54,801 bases of DNA from Parvularculaceae bacterium (GTDB taxonomy: Bacteria > Pseudomonadota > Alphaproteobacteria > Caulobacterales > Parvularculaceae), in NCBI GenBank assembly GCA_020446725.1, contig JAGRED010000198.1, positions 1 through 54,801 on the forward strand. The letters are read 5' to 3'. Below the pieces are notes generated by a model that had not been told where the DNA came from, searched no databases, and saw only the letters and a list, made by a program, of their open reading frames with translations. Below are positions 29,071 to 37,749 of this stretch, piece after piece; the stretch's first letter is position 1, and each line of letters starts with the position of its first letter. A program made the translations under genes and the position numbers.

Positions 29071-30543
29071 TTACTCAGCCGCCGCGTCGAGAGCTTCAGC
29101 GAGCGCTTCTTCCATGCCGTAATATTTGGCGCGATCCCAAAACGCCGGTCGCGCGATGCCGGTGGAGCGATGGCGGCCGACAAGCTTGCCGTTATCGTCT
29201 TCGCCCGAGACGTCATAGACGAAGAGGTCCTGCGTGATGATGGTGTCGCCTTCCGTGCCGAGCACTTCGGTCACGTGCGTGATTCGGCGCGAACCGTCGC
29301 GCAGGCGCGCCGCCTGAATGATGACGTCGATCGAACCAACGATCATTTCGCGGATGGTTTTCGACGGCAAGTTATAGCCGCCCATGGTGATCATGGATTC
29401 AACCCTTTGCAGCGCTTCGCGCGGGCTGTTTGCGTGCAGCGTGCCCATCGATCCGTCGTGACCGGTGTTCATAGCCTGCAGAAGGTCGAACGCTTCCGGG
29501 CCGCGAACCTCGCCGACGATGATGCGTTCAGGACGCATACGCAGACAGTTCTTCACGAGATCGCGCATCGTCACCTCGCCCTGGCCTTCAAGGTTGGGCG
29601 GGCGCGTTTCAAGTCGGACGACGTGCGGCTGCTGAAGCTGAAGTTCCGCGGCGTCCTCACAAGTGATGACGCGTTCATCTAGTTCGATGAAGCCGGTCAT
29701 GCAGTTCAGCAGCGTCGTCTTGCCCGAGCCCGTTCCGCCGGAGATCAGCGTATTGATCCGGCAGGCGCCGATAACCTCAAGCACTTTCGCGCCTTCAGGC
29801 GAGATCGAGCCGAAATTGACAAGATCCTGGATGCGGAGCTTGTCCTTCTTGAACTTACGAATGGTGAGCGCCGCGCCGTCGATCGACAGCGGCGGCGCAA
29901 TGACGTTGACGCGAGAGCCGTCCGGCAGGCGCGCGTCGCAGATCGGCGAGGCTTCGTCGACGCGGCGGCCAACCTGGCTCACGATCCGCTGACAGATATT
30001 CATCAGCTGCGCATTGTCGCGGAAGCGGACATTGGTCAGCTGGATCTTGCCGGCGACTTCGATGAAGACGCGATTGGCGCCGTTGACCATGATGTCGGCG
30101 ATGTCGTCGCGCGCGAGCAGCGGCTCAAGCGGGCCGTAGCCAAGGACGTCGTTGCAGATGTCCTGCAGCAGCGCTTCCTGCTCGGCGATAGACATCTGAA
30201 CGTTCTTGATCGAGATGATCTCGTTGACGATGTCGCGGATTTCCTCCGCCGCCGATTCCGTATCAAGTTGGGCGAGCTGCGACAGGTCGATCGTGTCGAT
30301 CAGCGCGTTGAAGATCGTCGTCTTGGTCTGAAAATATTCGTCGGTGCGGCCGCCGATTTCAACCGGCTGCTGCTTGGCGACCGCCGCCACGCGCGGAGGC
30401 GGCGTTGAGGCCGCCGCGGGTTTTTTCGCCGGCGCCGCCGCGGCTGCGGGCTTGCCCGCAGGCTTGGGCGCAGCCGCTTTCGGCTTTGCGGCGGGCGCCG
30501 ACTGCGAAGGCGTTTCGACTTCTGCCGTTCTGCGTCCGAACAT
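29071..30543 (-). CDS. cpaF: Tad pilus ATPase CpaF/TadA
   Basis: [43 protein letters not shown]. Confidence 0.96.
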   Translation of the reverse strand: MFGRRTAEVETPSQSAPAAKPKAAAPKPAGKPAAAAAPAKKPAAASTPPPRVAAVAKQQPVEIGGRTDEYFQTKTTIFNALIDTIDLSQLAQLDTESAAEEIRDIVNEIISIKNVQMSIAEQEALLQDICNDVLGYGPLEPLLARDDIADIMVNGANRVFIEVAGKIQLTNVRFRDNAQLMNICQRIVSQVGRRVDEASPICDARLPDGSRVNVIAPPLSIDGAALTIRKFKKDKLRIQDLVNFGSISPEGAKVLEVIGACRINTLISGGTGSGKTTLLNCMTGFIELDERVITCEDAAELQLQQPHVVRLETRPPNLEGQGEVTMRDLVKNCLRMRPERIIVGEVRGPEAFDLLQAMNTGHDGSMGTLHANSPREALQRVESMITMGGYNLPSKTIREMIVGSIDVIIQAARLRDGSRRITHVTEVLGTEGDTIITQDLFVYDVSGEDDNGKLVGRHRSTGIARPAFWDRAKYYGMEEALAEALDAAAE

Positions 30544-30551
30544 CGCTTATC

Positions 30552-32195
30552 CTATTTCTTCTTGAGCAGGCCTGCGAGGCTGAAGCGGCTTTTCTTGGCC
30601 GCCGTCTGGGTGCGCCCGAGAACGAGCGAGGTGAGTTCACGCATCGACTGTGCGGTTTTCGTCTTGGCGCCGACCTCAACGATCGGCGAGGCGTTCGTTG
30701 CCGCCGTGTGGAAGAGCTGCGGCTCCCAGTTGAAAACGACCGACGGCTTCAGTCCGACATGCTCGGCGTATTGGGCCGGCTGGACGGAAGAAAGCTTGGC
30801 GTCAAACTGATTGATGACGAGGAGCGGCGGCGCATCATTCGGCCGGGAGCCGGCGATGATATCGATAAGGTTCTTGGTGTTGCGGAACGCCGCGAGGTCG
30901 GCGGTCGCCGTAATGACGATCTGATCGGCCGTCTGCAACAGACGCTTCGACCAGCCCGTCCACACATGCGGCACGTCGACGATAATGGTCGGCGCGGCGC
31001 TGCGCACAACGTCAATAACCGTCTCGTACGCCTGGTCGTCGATGTCGTAATCGCGATCGAGAAGGTTCGGCGCCGTAAAGAGGCTTAGATGATCTGTATG
31101 CTTTTGCAGCAGGCGATCAAGAAGAACGTCGTCGAGACGCTCCGGAGAGCCGAGCGCTTCGATAAGGCCCGATGTCGGATCCTGTTCGAAGTCGAGGCTC
31201 GCCGTGCCGAAAGGCAGGTCGAGGTCGAGAATGACCGTATCGCTCTGCATTTCCTCCGCCGCGCACCATGCGACGTTGTGAGCGAGCGTCGACGAACCCG
31301 AGCCGCCGCGCGCGCCGACAAAAGCGATCGTGCGGCCGATCGGCGGCGCCGACGGATCGACATAAAGCGTCGAGATCGACTTGATGATCTGCAACGGCGA
31401 GCGCGGGCGCACGATGTAGTCGCTGATCCCCTGGCGCATCAGTTCGCGATAGAGGCCGATATCGTTGGCGCGGCCGATGATGATCACTTTCGTGGAGGGA
31501 TCGCAGACCTCGGCGAGTTCGCCAAGCTGCGCGAACAACTCCTGCCCGCCGTCAAGCGTCTCGATGATGACGAGGTTCGGCGTCGCTGCGGTCTGGAAAT
31601 GATCGACCGCCTTGGCGAGGCCGCCCATATGAACGGTCAAATGCGTTTTGGAAAGGCGACGATCGACAGCGGCGCGTTCAAGAAGAACGGTCGTGTCGGG
31701 CGTTTCGCAGAACGCATGAATGGAGATGCGCGGAACGGGACGCAAATCATCGTCCCCTTCTTCAAATTCCGCTACGTCGAAAGTCTGGTCGCCGGCAAGC
31801 GCCAATGCCTGGCTGGCCGGCGCCGCCAAGGGCGGCGGTTCTTTTGCAGTTTTCGCTTTGGCGGCTTGCGGCTCAGCCCGCTTGGCGGCTGCGGGAGCGA
31901 CAGGCGGCGGCTCGAAACTGAAATCTTCGGAATCATCGACATCGACATCATCGACATCGAAATCCTCGGCGAGCATATCCTCGTCGAAATCCTCTTCGCC
32001 GAGCGCCGCGAGTTCTTCGTCGGAAAGCTCGTCGTCAAGCCAGGCGTCATCCTCGTCAACGCTCGCCGCAGCCTTGGCGTAGCGCACTTTCGCTGACAAA
32101 AGCGGGCCTCCGTCGGGGCCGAGGCTCGCCGCAGCGTTGGCGGCGCCTTCCTCGTCGGCGCCGACTTCGTATGCTTCGTTTGAGGCCTTCCTCAT
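30552..32195 (-). CDS. cpaE: pilus localization protein CpaE/TadZ
   Basis: VPRISIHAFC atypical receiver domain, GARGGSGSST deviant Walker A, DLDLPFG; acidic N-terminal extension. Confidence 0.92.
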   Translation of the reverse strand: MRKASNEAYEVGADEEGAANAAASLGPDGGPLLSAKVRYAKAAASVDEDDAWLDDELSDEELAALGEEDFDEDMLAEDFDVDDVDVDDSEDFSFEPPPVAPAAAKRAEPQAAKAKTAKEPPPLAAPASQALALAGDQTFDVAEFEEGDDDLRPVPRISIHAFCETPDTTVLLERAAVDRRLSKTHLTVHMGGLAKAVDHFQTAATPNLVIIETLDGGQELFAQLGELAEVCDPSTKVIIIGRANDIGLYRELMRQGISDYIVRPRSPLQIIKSISTLYVDPSAPPIGRTIAFVGARGGSGSSTLAHNVAWCAAEEMQSDTVILDLDLPFGTASLDFEQDPTSGLIEALGSPERLDDVLLDRLLQKHTDHLSLFTAPNLLDRDYDIDDQAYETVIDVVRSAAPTIIVDVPHVWTGWSKRLLQTADQIVITATADLAAFRNTKNLIDIIAGSRPNDAPPLLVINQFDAKLSSVQPAQYAEHVGLKPSVVFNWEPQLFHTAATNASPIVEVGAKTKTAQSMRELTSLVLGRTQTAAKKSRFSLAGLLKKK

Positions 32196-32240
32196 TTCAA
32201 ACTCCCTCCAGGCGCGTCGCCTGACCCCGGTTCGTCACCG

Positions 32241-32897
32241 TTAATTTGCAACCTGTTGATTCAACTCGCTGTCGCTCTTGCTCGACGTCGTTTCGCCCTT
32301 GCGGAACTGCGTCACGCCGCGAATGCGCGTCGCCGAATCCGGATCCGTCATGCCGGCCGGTTCGATGAGATCGTGCGGATCGCCGATCATCGCTGCGAGA
32401 TTGTTCTGCGCGGCGCAGCCGAAATTCGGCGAGCGCATGTTGCGGTAATCGCGCTCGCGTATGCCTTCCCAAACGCCGCACGCGCTCGGCGTCGCGACAT
32501 AATGGGTATAGGAGAGAATGACGTCGCCATCGGCGGCGCTCGCGCCGCGATAGTCTGCGGCGGCGATCACATCGGCGGGGACGCCGTATTTGTTCAGCGA
32601 GGCGCGGATTTCGGCCGCAGCCGTTTGAGCGCCGTCGGGCGCGGTCACCGTCAGCGCGCCGTGCCCGTTGCGCATATAGGAGTCGGCGAAAGCGCGAAGG
32701 CGCGCCTGATCAAGCGATGAAACGCCATCCTCCGCCTTGGCCGCGCTCAACGTCATCGTCACCGTCTGGCTGTCGACGGAAATCGGATGTTCTTCCGCCA
32801 CCGTCAACGCCTGGTGCTGGCCGTTGAACCCCGCGCCGCAGCCCGTCACGGCCGCAGCCGCGGATATCAGGAGAAGCGTTTTAACAATATTGCTCAT
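32241..32897 (-). CDS. cpaD: pilus assembly lipoprotein CpaD
   Basis: Lipobox VTGC; HPISV, NFGCA.QNNLAAMI..P.DL. Confidence 0.9.
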   Translation of the reverse strand: MSNIVKTLLLISAAAAVTGCGAGFNGQHQALTVAEEHPISVDSQTVTMTLSAAKAEDGVSSLDQARLRAFADSYMRNGHGALTVTAPDGAQTAAAEIRASLNKYGVPADVIAAADYRGASAADGDVILSYTHYVATPSACGVWEGIRERDYRNMRSPNFGCAAQNNLAAMIGDPHDLIEPAGMTDPDSATRIRGVTQFRKGETTSSKSDSELNQQVAN

Positions 32898-32908
32898 TTT
32901 GCGTCTCC

Positions 32909-34477
32909 TTAGTCGAGGATGAAGCCCATCGGCCCTTGCAGCGTCTTTTCTTCAACGCCGGCGCCGGAAAGGCCGTAGGTTGCGGCGAGATTGCCCATCA
33001 GGATCGTCTGCATGTCGCTGGCGGCGACAAAGCCTTTCAGCGGATCGGTCAACTTCGACTCATGGGTCGGGTCGACGAGATACGGCGTGATGATAATGAC
33101 CAGTTCCGTTTCGGAATTGGCGTAGTCGCGGCTGCGGAAGAGCTGGCCGAGCACGGCGACATCCTTGAGATACGGAATGCCCTGCACCGTCTGGCGCATA
33201 TTCTCCTGGAGCAGGCCCGCCATCACGAGGCTTCCGCCCGAGGGAAGTTCAACCGTTGTCTTGGCTCGGCGCACCGTCAAAGACGGAATGGTGAGACCTG
33301 AGGTCGAGAAGACTGTCGGATCGGTGCCTTGAAGAACTTCTCCCGCCTGCTCGGTGACGTTGAAAACGGAATCGACGACGCCGTCTCCATCGGTATCTTG
33401 CGGCAGAAGCGTGTCCGGCGGCGGCGGCGTTCCCGGGATCGTCGTCGTCGATCCGCCGAGCGAGAAGTTGTTGAGCGAGGAAATCTCGCTGACTTCGGTC
33501 GACACCTTCACGTTGATGCGGCCTTTGTCCAACACCAGCGGCGTGAAGCCGAGACCGACGCCGAATTCCTTGAATTCAAGCGAAATGACGCCGTCGCGCT
33601 GACCGATCGGGATCGGGAACTCACCGCCGGCGAGGAAGCTCGCCGTTTCGCCGGAAACCGCGGTAAGGGTCGGTTCGGCGAGCGTTTTCACGAGGCCCAC
33701 GCGCTCAAGCGCCTGGAAGGAAACGTTGAAGCCGGACTGGCCGCCCCCAAAGAAGCGCTCGAGAGAGCCCGAAAGTCCGGCGGTCGCGCCTGACGCGATC
33801 GTCGACGCCGTCGCTTCAAACGCGTTATTTGAAATCGACGTGAAGCCTGACGGGTCGACGCCCAACTGTTTGATGAGTGAGCGCTGCATCTCTACAACGC
33901 GCACCTTGAGCATGACCTGCTCGCGGTCGCGGATCGACACCATGCTGATGACCTTGGCCGGATCGCCGATGAAGCGGCCGGCGATATCCGCGGCGTCAGT
34001 CGCCTGAACGCCGGTCGGAACGGTTCCGCGCAGGATGACGTTGTCGTTCACGGCTTCCGCCGTAATGCGCGCATTCGGCATCAGGCGGTTGATAAGATCG
34101 GTCAGCGCATCGAGATCGCGCTCGACCTGGATTTCAAGATTGAGGATCTGGCGGCCGTTGGCGTCAAAGAAGAATGCGTTGGCCTGGCCGACCTTGAGGC
34201 CGAGAAGATAGACGCGCTGCGGCGAACGGATCACCGCATCGACGACAGCCGGCTGCGAGACGAGGACGTCCGCCGCCGGCTTCGGCAATTCGACAATCGC
34301 CGCCTTGTCGAGCGGCAATACGATCGACCGCGAAACCGCGCCGGCGCCGCCGAAATCGATCGACGCCTCGCCGCGCTTTTGCGCGAGCGCAGGCGACATC
34401 GCGCTCGATGCCGAAAGAACGAGCGCGCCTGCAATCTTCAGGAGAGCCGCTCTTGTTGAGTCTGAATGAAAGCGCAT
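32909..34477 (-). CDS. cpaC: Tad secretin CpaC/RcpA
   Basis: QVMLKVRVVE, LAEPTL..SGE.ASFLAGGEFP, LFRS...ETELVIIITPY. Confidence 0.93.
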   Translation of the reverse strand: MRFHSDSTRAALLKIAGALVLSASSAMSPALAQKRGEASIDFGGAGAVSRSIVLPLDKAAIVELPKPAADVLVSQPAVVDAVIRSPQRVYLLGLKVGQANAFFFDANGRQILNLEIQVERDLDALTDLINRLMPNARITAEAVNDNVILRGTVPTGVQATDAADIAGRFIGDPAKVISMVSIRDREQVMLKVRVVEMQRSLIKQLGVDPSGFTSISNNAFEATASTIASGATAGLSGSLERFFGGGQSGFNVSFQALERVGLVKTLAEPTLTAVSGETASFLAGGEFPIPIGQRDGVISLEFKEFGVGLGFTPLVLDKGRINVKVSTEVSEISSLNNFSLGGSTTTIPGTPPPPDTLLPQDTDGDGVVDSVFNVTEQAGEVLQGTDPTVFSTSGLTIPSLTVRRAKTTVELPSGGSLVMAGLLQENMRQTVQGIPYLKDVAVLGQLFRSRDYANSETELVIIITPYLVDPTHESKLTDPLKGFVAASDMQTILMGNLAATYGLSGAGVEEKTLQGPMGFILD

Positions 34478-34501
34478 TGGACTTACCCCTCAACGATCTG
34501 G

Positions 34502-35245
34502 TTACGAGCGGCCATAACGGATGACTTTAACGCTTTGGTCGCGGCGCTGTTTCACGTCGCCTTCCTGCGCAGCGAAAACGCTCCGCAGCGAGAAGCTCAA
34601 CTGCCCGCGCGACGCGCGCGTGTTGATGAAGAATTCAGCGTCTTCCGGCGAAAGCTCGATCGTGGCGTTCGCGCCTTCAATGACCGGCGTTTCGGGGTTT
34701 TCCGAATAGACCGTGTTGATGGCGAGCACGCGGACATCTTCAAAGAGAATGTTGGTTGACGTGCGATTGCCGTCGCCGGCTTCGGAATAATAAATGTCGA
34801 CGCGGTCGCCCGGAAGCACGAAACCGGAAACGCCGGTTTCAGGCGTGATGCGCATGGTGACGGCGCGCATGCCCGGCTGAAGGACGGCGGCGAGAAGGCC
34901 CGACGTTCCGGCGCGAACGATTTTCGCTTCGATGATCGGCTCATTGGCGACAATCGATGAGCGCGCGACCGCCTTCTCAAGCTCTGCCGGATCGCCGCCG
35001 GACGCCTCGGTGATATACGCTTCCGACATCGCCTTTTCCGGCCATTCTTCCCAACGCACGGCGTCCGCCGTCAGCCGCTCGCCGCGCTGAAAGTCGCGAT
35101 CAGCGACGAGGATGCGCACGGTCTTTTCGCGCTCGGGCTGCACGATCTGAACCGGTTGGCTCTTGTTTCCGCTCATCATCATGAAGAAGGCGCCGACGCC
35201 GGCAACAAGCGCTACGCCAAGAACCGCAATTCGCGTCACATTCAT
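34502..35245 (-). CDS. cpaB: Flp pilus assembly protein CpaB/RcpC
   Basis: SAF domain; PGMRAV, GFVLPGDRVD, VRVLA. Confidence 0.92.
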   Translation of the reverse strand: MNVTRIAVLGVALVAGVGAFFMMMSGNKSQPVQIVQPEREKTVRILVADRDFQRGERLTADAVRWEEWPEKAMSEAYITEASGGDPAELEKAVARSSIVANEPIIEAKIVRAGTSGLLAAVLQPGMRAVTMRITPETGVSGFVLPGDRVDIYYSEAGDGNRTSTNILFEDVRVLAINTVYSENPETPVIEGANATIELSPEDAEFFINTRASRGQLSFSLRSVFAAQEGDVKQRRDQSVKVIRYGRS

Positions 35246-35312
35246 GTTTCACTCGCCCTTTCGGGGGCTTTAGCGCCCTGGTTTTTCAGTAAATTCTTGT
35301 AAGAAGAAGTCC

Positions 35313-35328
35313 TCAAAACTCTGTTAAC
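35313..35328. promoter_or_regulatory. near-consensus CtrA box upstream of cpaB
   Basis: TCAA-aactctg-TTAAC in an AT-rich gap. Confidence 0.5.
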
Positions 35329-35336
35329 TGATCTCA

Positions 35337-35843
35337 TTAACCGCCAAACGCCAATTGGAAGAACGGCGTTTGCGAAAAGCTAAGAAGTCCCCCGATCGCA
35401 ATCGCGACAGCATACGGAATATCCTTCGGCCGCTGATGCAGGCGCAAAAGCCAAGGCGCATGCGCGTAGACCGGCAGCGCCGGCGTTTTGCGAAACATGA
35501 TGAGAAGAATGGCGAAAGCGCCGCCGGCGAACGCCGTGTTTACCAGGAACGGCGCAAGCGCTGACGGTCCGATCCAAGGCGCGCAGGCCGCGAGAAGCTT
35601 GGCGTCGCCGCCGCCGAGGAATTTTCCGGCGAAAAGGGCGAAACCGACGACAAGCGCGGCGCATGCGAACAGGAACCCTTCGAGCAAATCGGCCGGCGTC
35701 GCGCCAAGGCCTACGCCGGCGATGAAATAAGAGCAAAACAGGACGATCGAAACCCAGTTCGGGATTTTATATTCATAGAGATCGTTCAGCGCGGCGATGA
35801 TCAGGGCTGCCGGAAAAGCTGACAGAAAAATCAGGGATATCAC
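35337..35843 (-). CDS. cpaA: prepilin peptidase CpaA/TadV (A24)
   Basis: NDLYEYKIPNW, GGGDAKL, IPYAVAI. Confidence 0.92.
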   Translation of the reverse strand: MISLIFLSAFPAALIIAALNDLYEYKIPNWVSIVLFCSYFIAGVGLGATPADLLEGFLFACAALVVGFALFAGKFLGGGDAKLLAACAPWIGPSALAPFLVNTAFAGGAFAILLIMFRKTPALPVYAHAPWLLRLHQRPKDIPYAVAIAIGGLLSFSQTPFFQLAFGG

Positions 35844-35891
35844 TTGCGCGCGCTCCAGTTTGCCGTTTACGGCGAAGCTATGCGGCGGCGC

Positions 35892-35906
35892 TTAACATTC
35901 GGTTAG
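35892..35906. promoter_or_regulatory. near-consensus CtrA box upstream of cpaA
   Basis: TTAA-cattcgg-TTAG. Confidence 0.5.
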
Positions 35907-35958
35907 ACATAAGTTCGGATTGAATCATATCGATCGCTGCGACATGGCGAAATCGCAC

Positions 35959-35990
35959 AAAAGAAAAAGGAGGCCGAAGCCTCCTTTTCC
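35959..35990 (-). terminator. intrinsic terminator of pilA
   Basis: Minus strand GGAGGC-TTCG-GCCTCC followed by TTTTTCTTTT (cUUCGg tetraloop). Confidence 0.85.
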
Positions 35991-36024
35991 CATTCGCTCA
36001 TTCGAATTCGAACTACGAAATTTA

Positions 36025-36195
36025 TTAGCTCGACTTCAGCGCGCTTTCGACATCCGAGAACGTGTTGTTGAGCTCGCCGCCGACCGCACGAACCGCCGTG
36101 ATGATGGCGACCGCGATAAGCGCCGCGATGAGGCCGTATTCGATGGCCGTCGCGCCGTCTTCGTCTTTGATGAACTTGTTGATAAGAGCTTTCAT
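36025..36195 (-). CDS. pilA: Flp/PilA type IVb (Tad) pilin, 56 aa
   Basis: MKALINKFIKDEDG^ATAIEYGLIAALIAVAIITAVRAVGGELNNTFSDVESALKSS; AGGAG RBS; below the ORF-track cutoff. Confidence 0.96.
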   Translation of the reverse strand: MKALINKFIKDEDGATAIEYGLIAALIAVAIITAVRAVGGELNNTFSDVESALKSS

Positions 36196-36282
36196 GAGTC
36201 GACTCCTGCTATTTACTCTTACGCTTGCACCGCTGATTGGGCGTTACCCCCCTCAGACTGGATGCATGATACTCTCCGGGAA

Positions 36283-36358
36283 TTAATATTCGATGAAAAA
36301 CGCGCGACCGGAAAACGAATTGTTTGTTTACGGATAATTATCGTTAACAGGGCGTGAA
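36283..36358. promoter_or_regulatory. two near-consensus CtrA boxes in the pilA promoter
   Basis: TTAA-tattcga-TGAA (36283-36297) and TTAA-cagggcg-TGAA (36344-36358). Confidence 0.55.
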
Positions 36359-36359
36359 T

Positions 36360-37079
36360 CTACCGGGCGAGACGATTAAGCTGGGCGATGTCGTCAATGA
36401 TAAGACCGGGATAATCGCGGCGGGCGACGCCCGACTGGATGAGCTTCGCGACGGAGCTCGCGGCGACTGCTTCATCAACATCAGCCCTGTCGGCGAGTTC
36501 GCGATGTTTCGGCATTCTGGCGATGCGCCATGCGGCCGTGACGGCGTCACGCTCGACATAGGCGCACAGCGCCGCATATACCCGCTGCTCGGGCGAGCTT
36601 TCTTCAGCGCCCGCGCGGGCACCGGCGAGACGCCCGGCGAAATGCAGCATGAGCGCGCGCGTCAGCGACGGACGCTGGGAGGCGAGTTCGCGCAGCGCCT
36701 GCGCGTCGACAGCGACGACCTCGCTGTCTCGCTCCGCGACGATGGTTACGGATTGCGCGCCGTCAGCCTCGCCGCCGACCACCGCCGGCGCGAGGCCGTA
36801 AATCGCCCCTTGAGGCGTTTCCTCAAAAATCATCGATCCCGAGGAAGGATCGACATGCGAGGCCTTGAGCCTGCCGGACTGCACGACAAGGAATTCGGAA
36901 CCGTCATATTGCCCCATCGCGAACACGGTCTCACCGGCGGCGTAGCGACGCCGGCTCGCTGCAGCCGCGAGCGCGTCCAGGATCTGCATCTGCAAATCCG
37001 AAAACGGCGCCGCCGACGCAATCGCGTCGGCGATCGAGGGTTCAGCGTCCGGTACGTTCAGGGAAAGATTGGCAAGCAT
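36360..37079 (-). CDS. Crp/Fnr-family protein (cNMP-binding fold plus HTH), atypical
   Basis: RRYAAGETVF..G......FLVVQSGRLK cNMP-fold start; C-terminal MPKHRELA...LIIDD..QL; GGAGA RBS. Confidence 0.8.
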   Translation of the reverse strand: MLANLSLNVPDAEPSIADAIASAAPFSDLQMQILDALAAAASRRRYAAGETVFAMGQYDGSEFLVVQSGRLKASHVDPSSGSMIFEETPQGAIYGLAPAVVGGEADGAQSVTIVAERDSEVVAVDAQALRELASQRPSLTRALMLHFAGRLAGARAGAEESSPEQRVYAALCAYVERDAVTAAWRIARMPKHRELADRADVDEAVAASSVAKLIQSGVARRDYPGLIIDDIAQLNRLAR

Positions 37080-37173
37080 TGATTTCTCCGCCGCCAATCT
37101 TCCGTCTCAACTCTTTAAAGCGCGGTAAAACATAAAATTTTCTAGAAATCGAACTGATCGCGGCGGCATTGCG

Positions 37174-37188
37174 TTAAAGGCCGTTTAA
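37174..37188. promoter_or_regulatory. perfect CtrA box between the crp-like and cpaI-like genes
   Basis: TTAA-aggccgt-TTAA. Confidence 0.65.
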
Positions 37189-37247
37189 GCTTTTCTTGAC
37201 TCATCCGCGCTACGTGGAAGGACAAGCTCAGAAGGAAAGCGGCCGCA

Positions 37248-37697
37248 ATGCGCTTATTCTCACTTTCCCTTTCAGTCGCCTGCCTGTTTGCAACGGCGGC
37301 TTCCGCCGAACAGGTTTGGGTCTCCATGGACCAGGTCAAACCTTACACCTTCAAGCAGGAAGTCGATCAGATCGTCATCGGCAATCCCGGAATCGCGGAC
37401 ATCACCGTGCGCGACAAATCGCGGGTCCTTCTTTTCGGGAAATCGCCCGGGCTGACGAACATGTTTCTCTTCGATGCGGATGGAAACGAGATCGAAAATC
37501 TCATCGTTCGCGTGCGCGCGACGAACTCGGATCTTTTGACGCTTCAGCGCGGCGGACAACGTTACACCTACAACTGCACGAGCGTTTGCGAACAGACGCT
37601 CATCATCGGCGACTCGCAGGAAGCGTTCGGCGCCGTCTCCACTCAGGTGCAGCAGAAATACCAGCAGGCGGCCGGCGCCAGCGCGCCTTCCGAATAA
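37248..37697 (+). CDS. secretin N-terminal-domain pilus assembly protein (CpaI-like)
   Basis: Signal peptide; IVIGNPGIADI, GKSPGLTN, YNCTSVCE; divergent from pilA as in Caulobacter. Confidence 0.85.
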   Translation: MRLFSLSLSVACLFATAASAEQVWVSMDQVKPYTFKQEVDQIVIGNPGIADITVRDKSRVLLFGKSPGLTNMFLFDADGNEIENLIVRVRATNSDLLTLQRGGQRYTYNCTSVCEQTLIIGDSQEAFGAVSTQVQQKYQQAAGASAPSE

Positions 37698-37720
37698 GCG
37701 GCACACAAATTCAGGTACGC

Positions 37721-37749
37721 AAAAGGGCCCTCTTTGAGGGCCCTTTTTT
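37721..37749. terminator. bidirectional intrinsic terminator
   Basis: AAAAGGGCCCTC-TTT-GAGGGCCCTTTT between convergent genes. Confidence 0.85.

Noticed and set aside
35324-35340. TTAA-N9-TTAA as a CtrA box
   Set aside because: Wrong spacing, and the second TTAA includes the cpaA stop; the N7 variant at 35313 was kept instead
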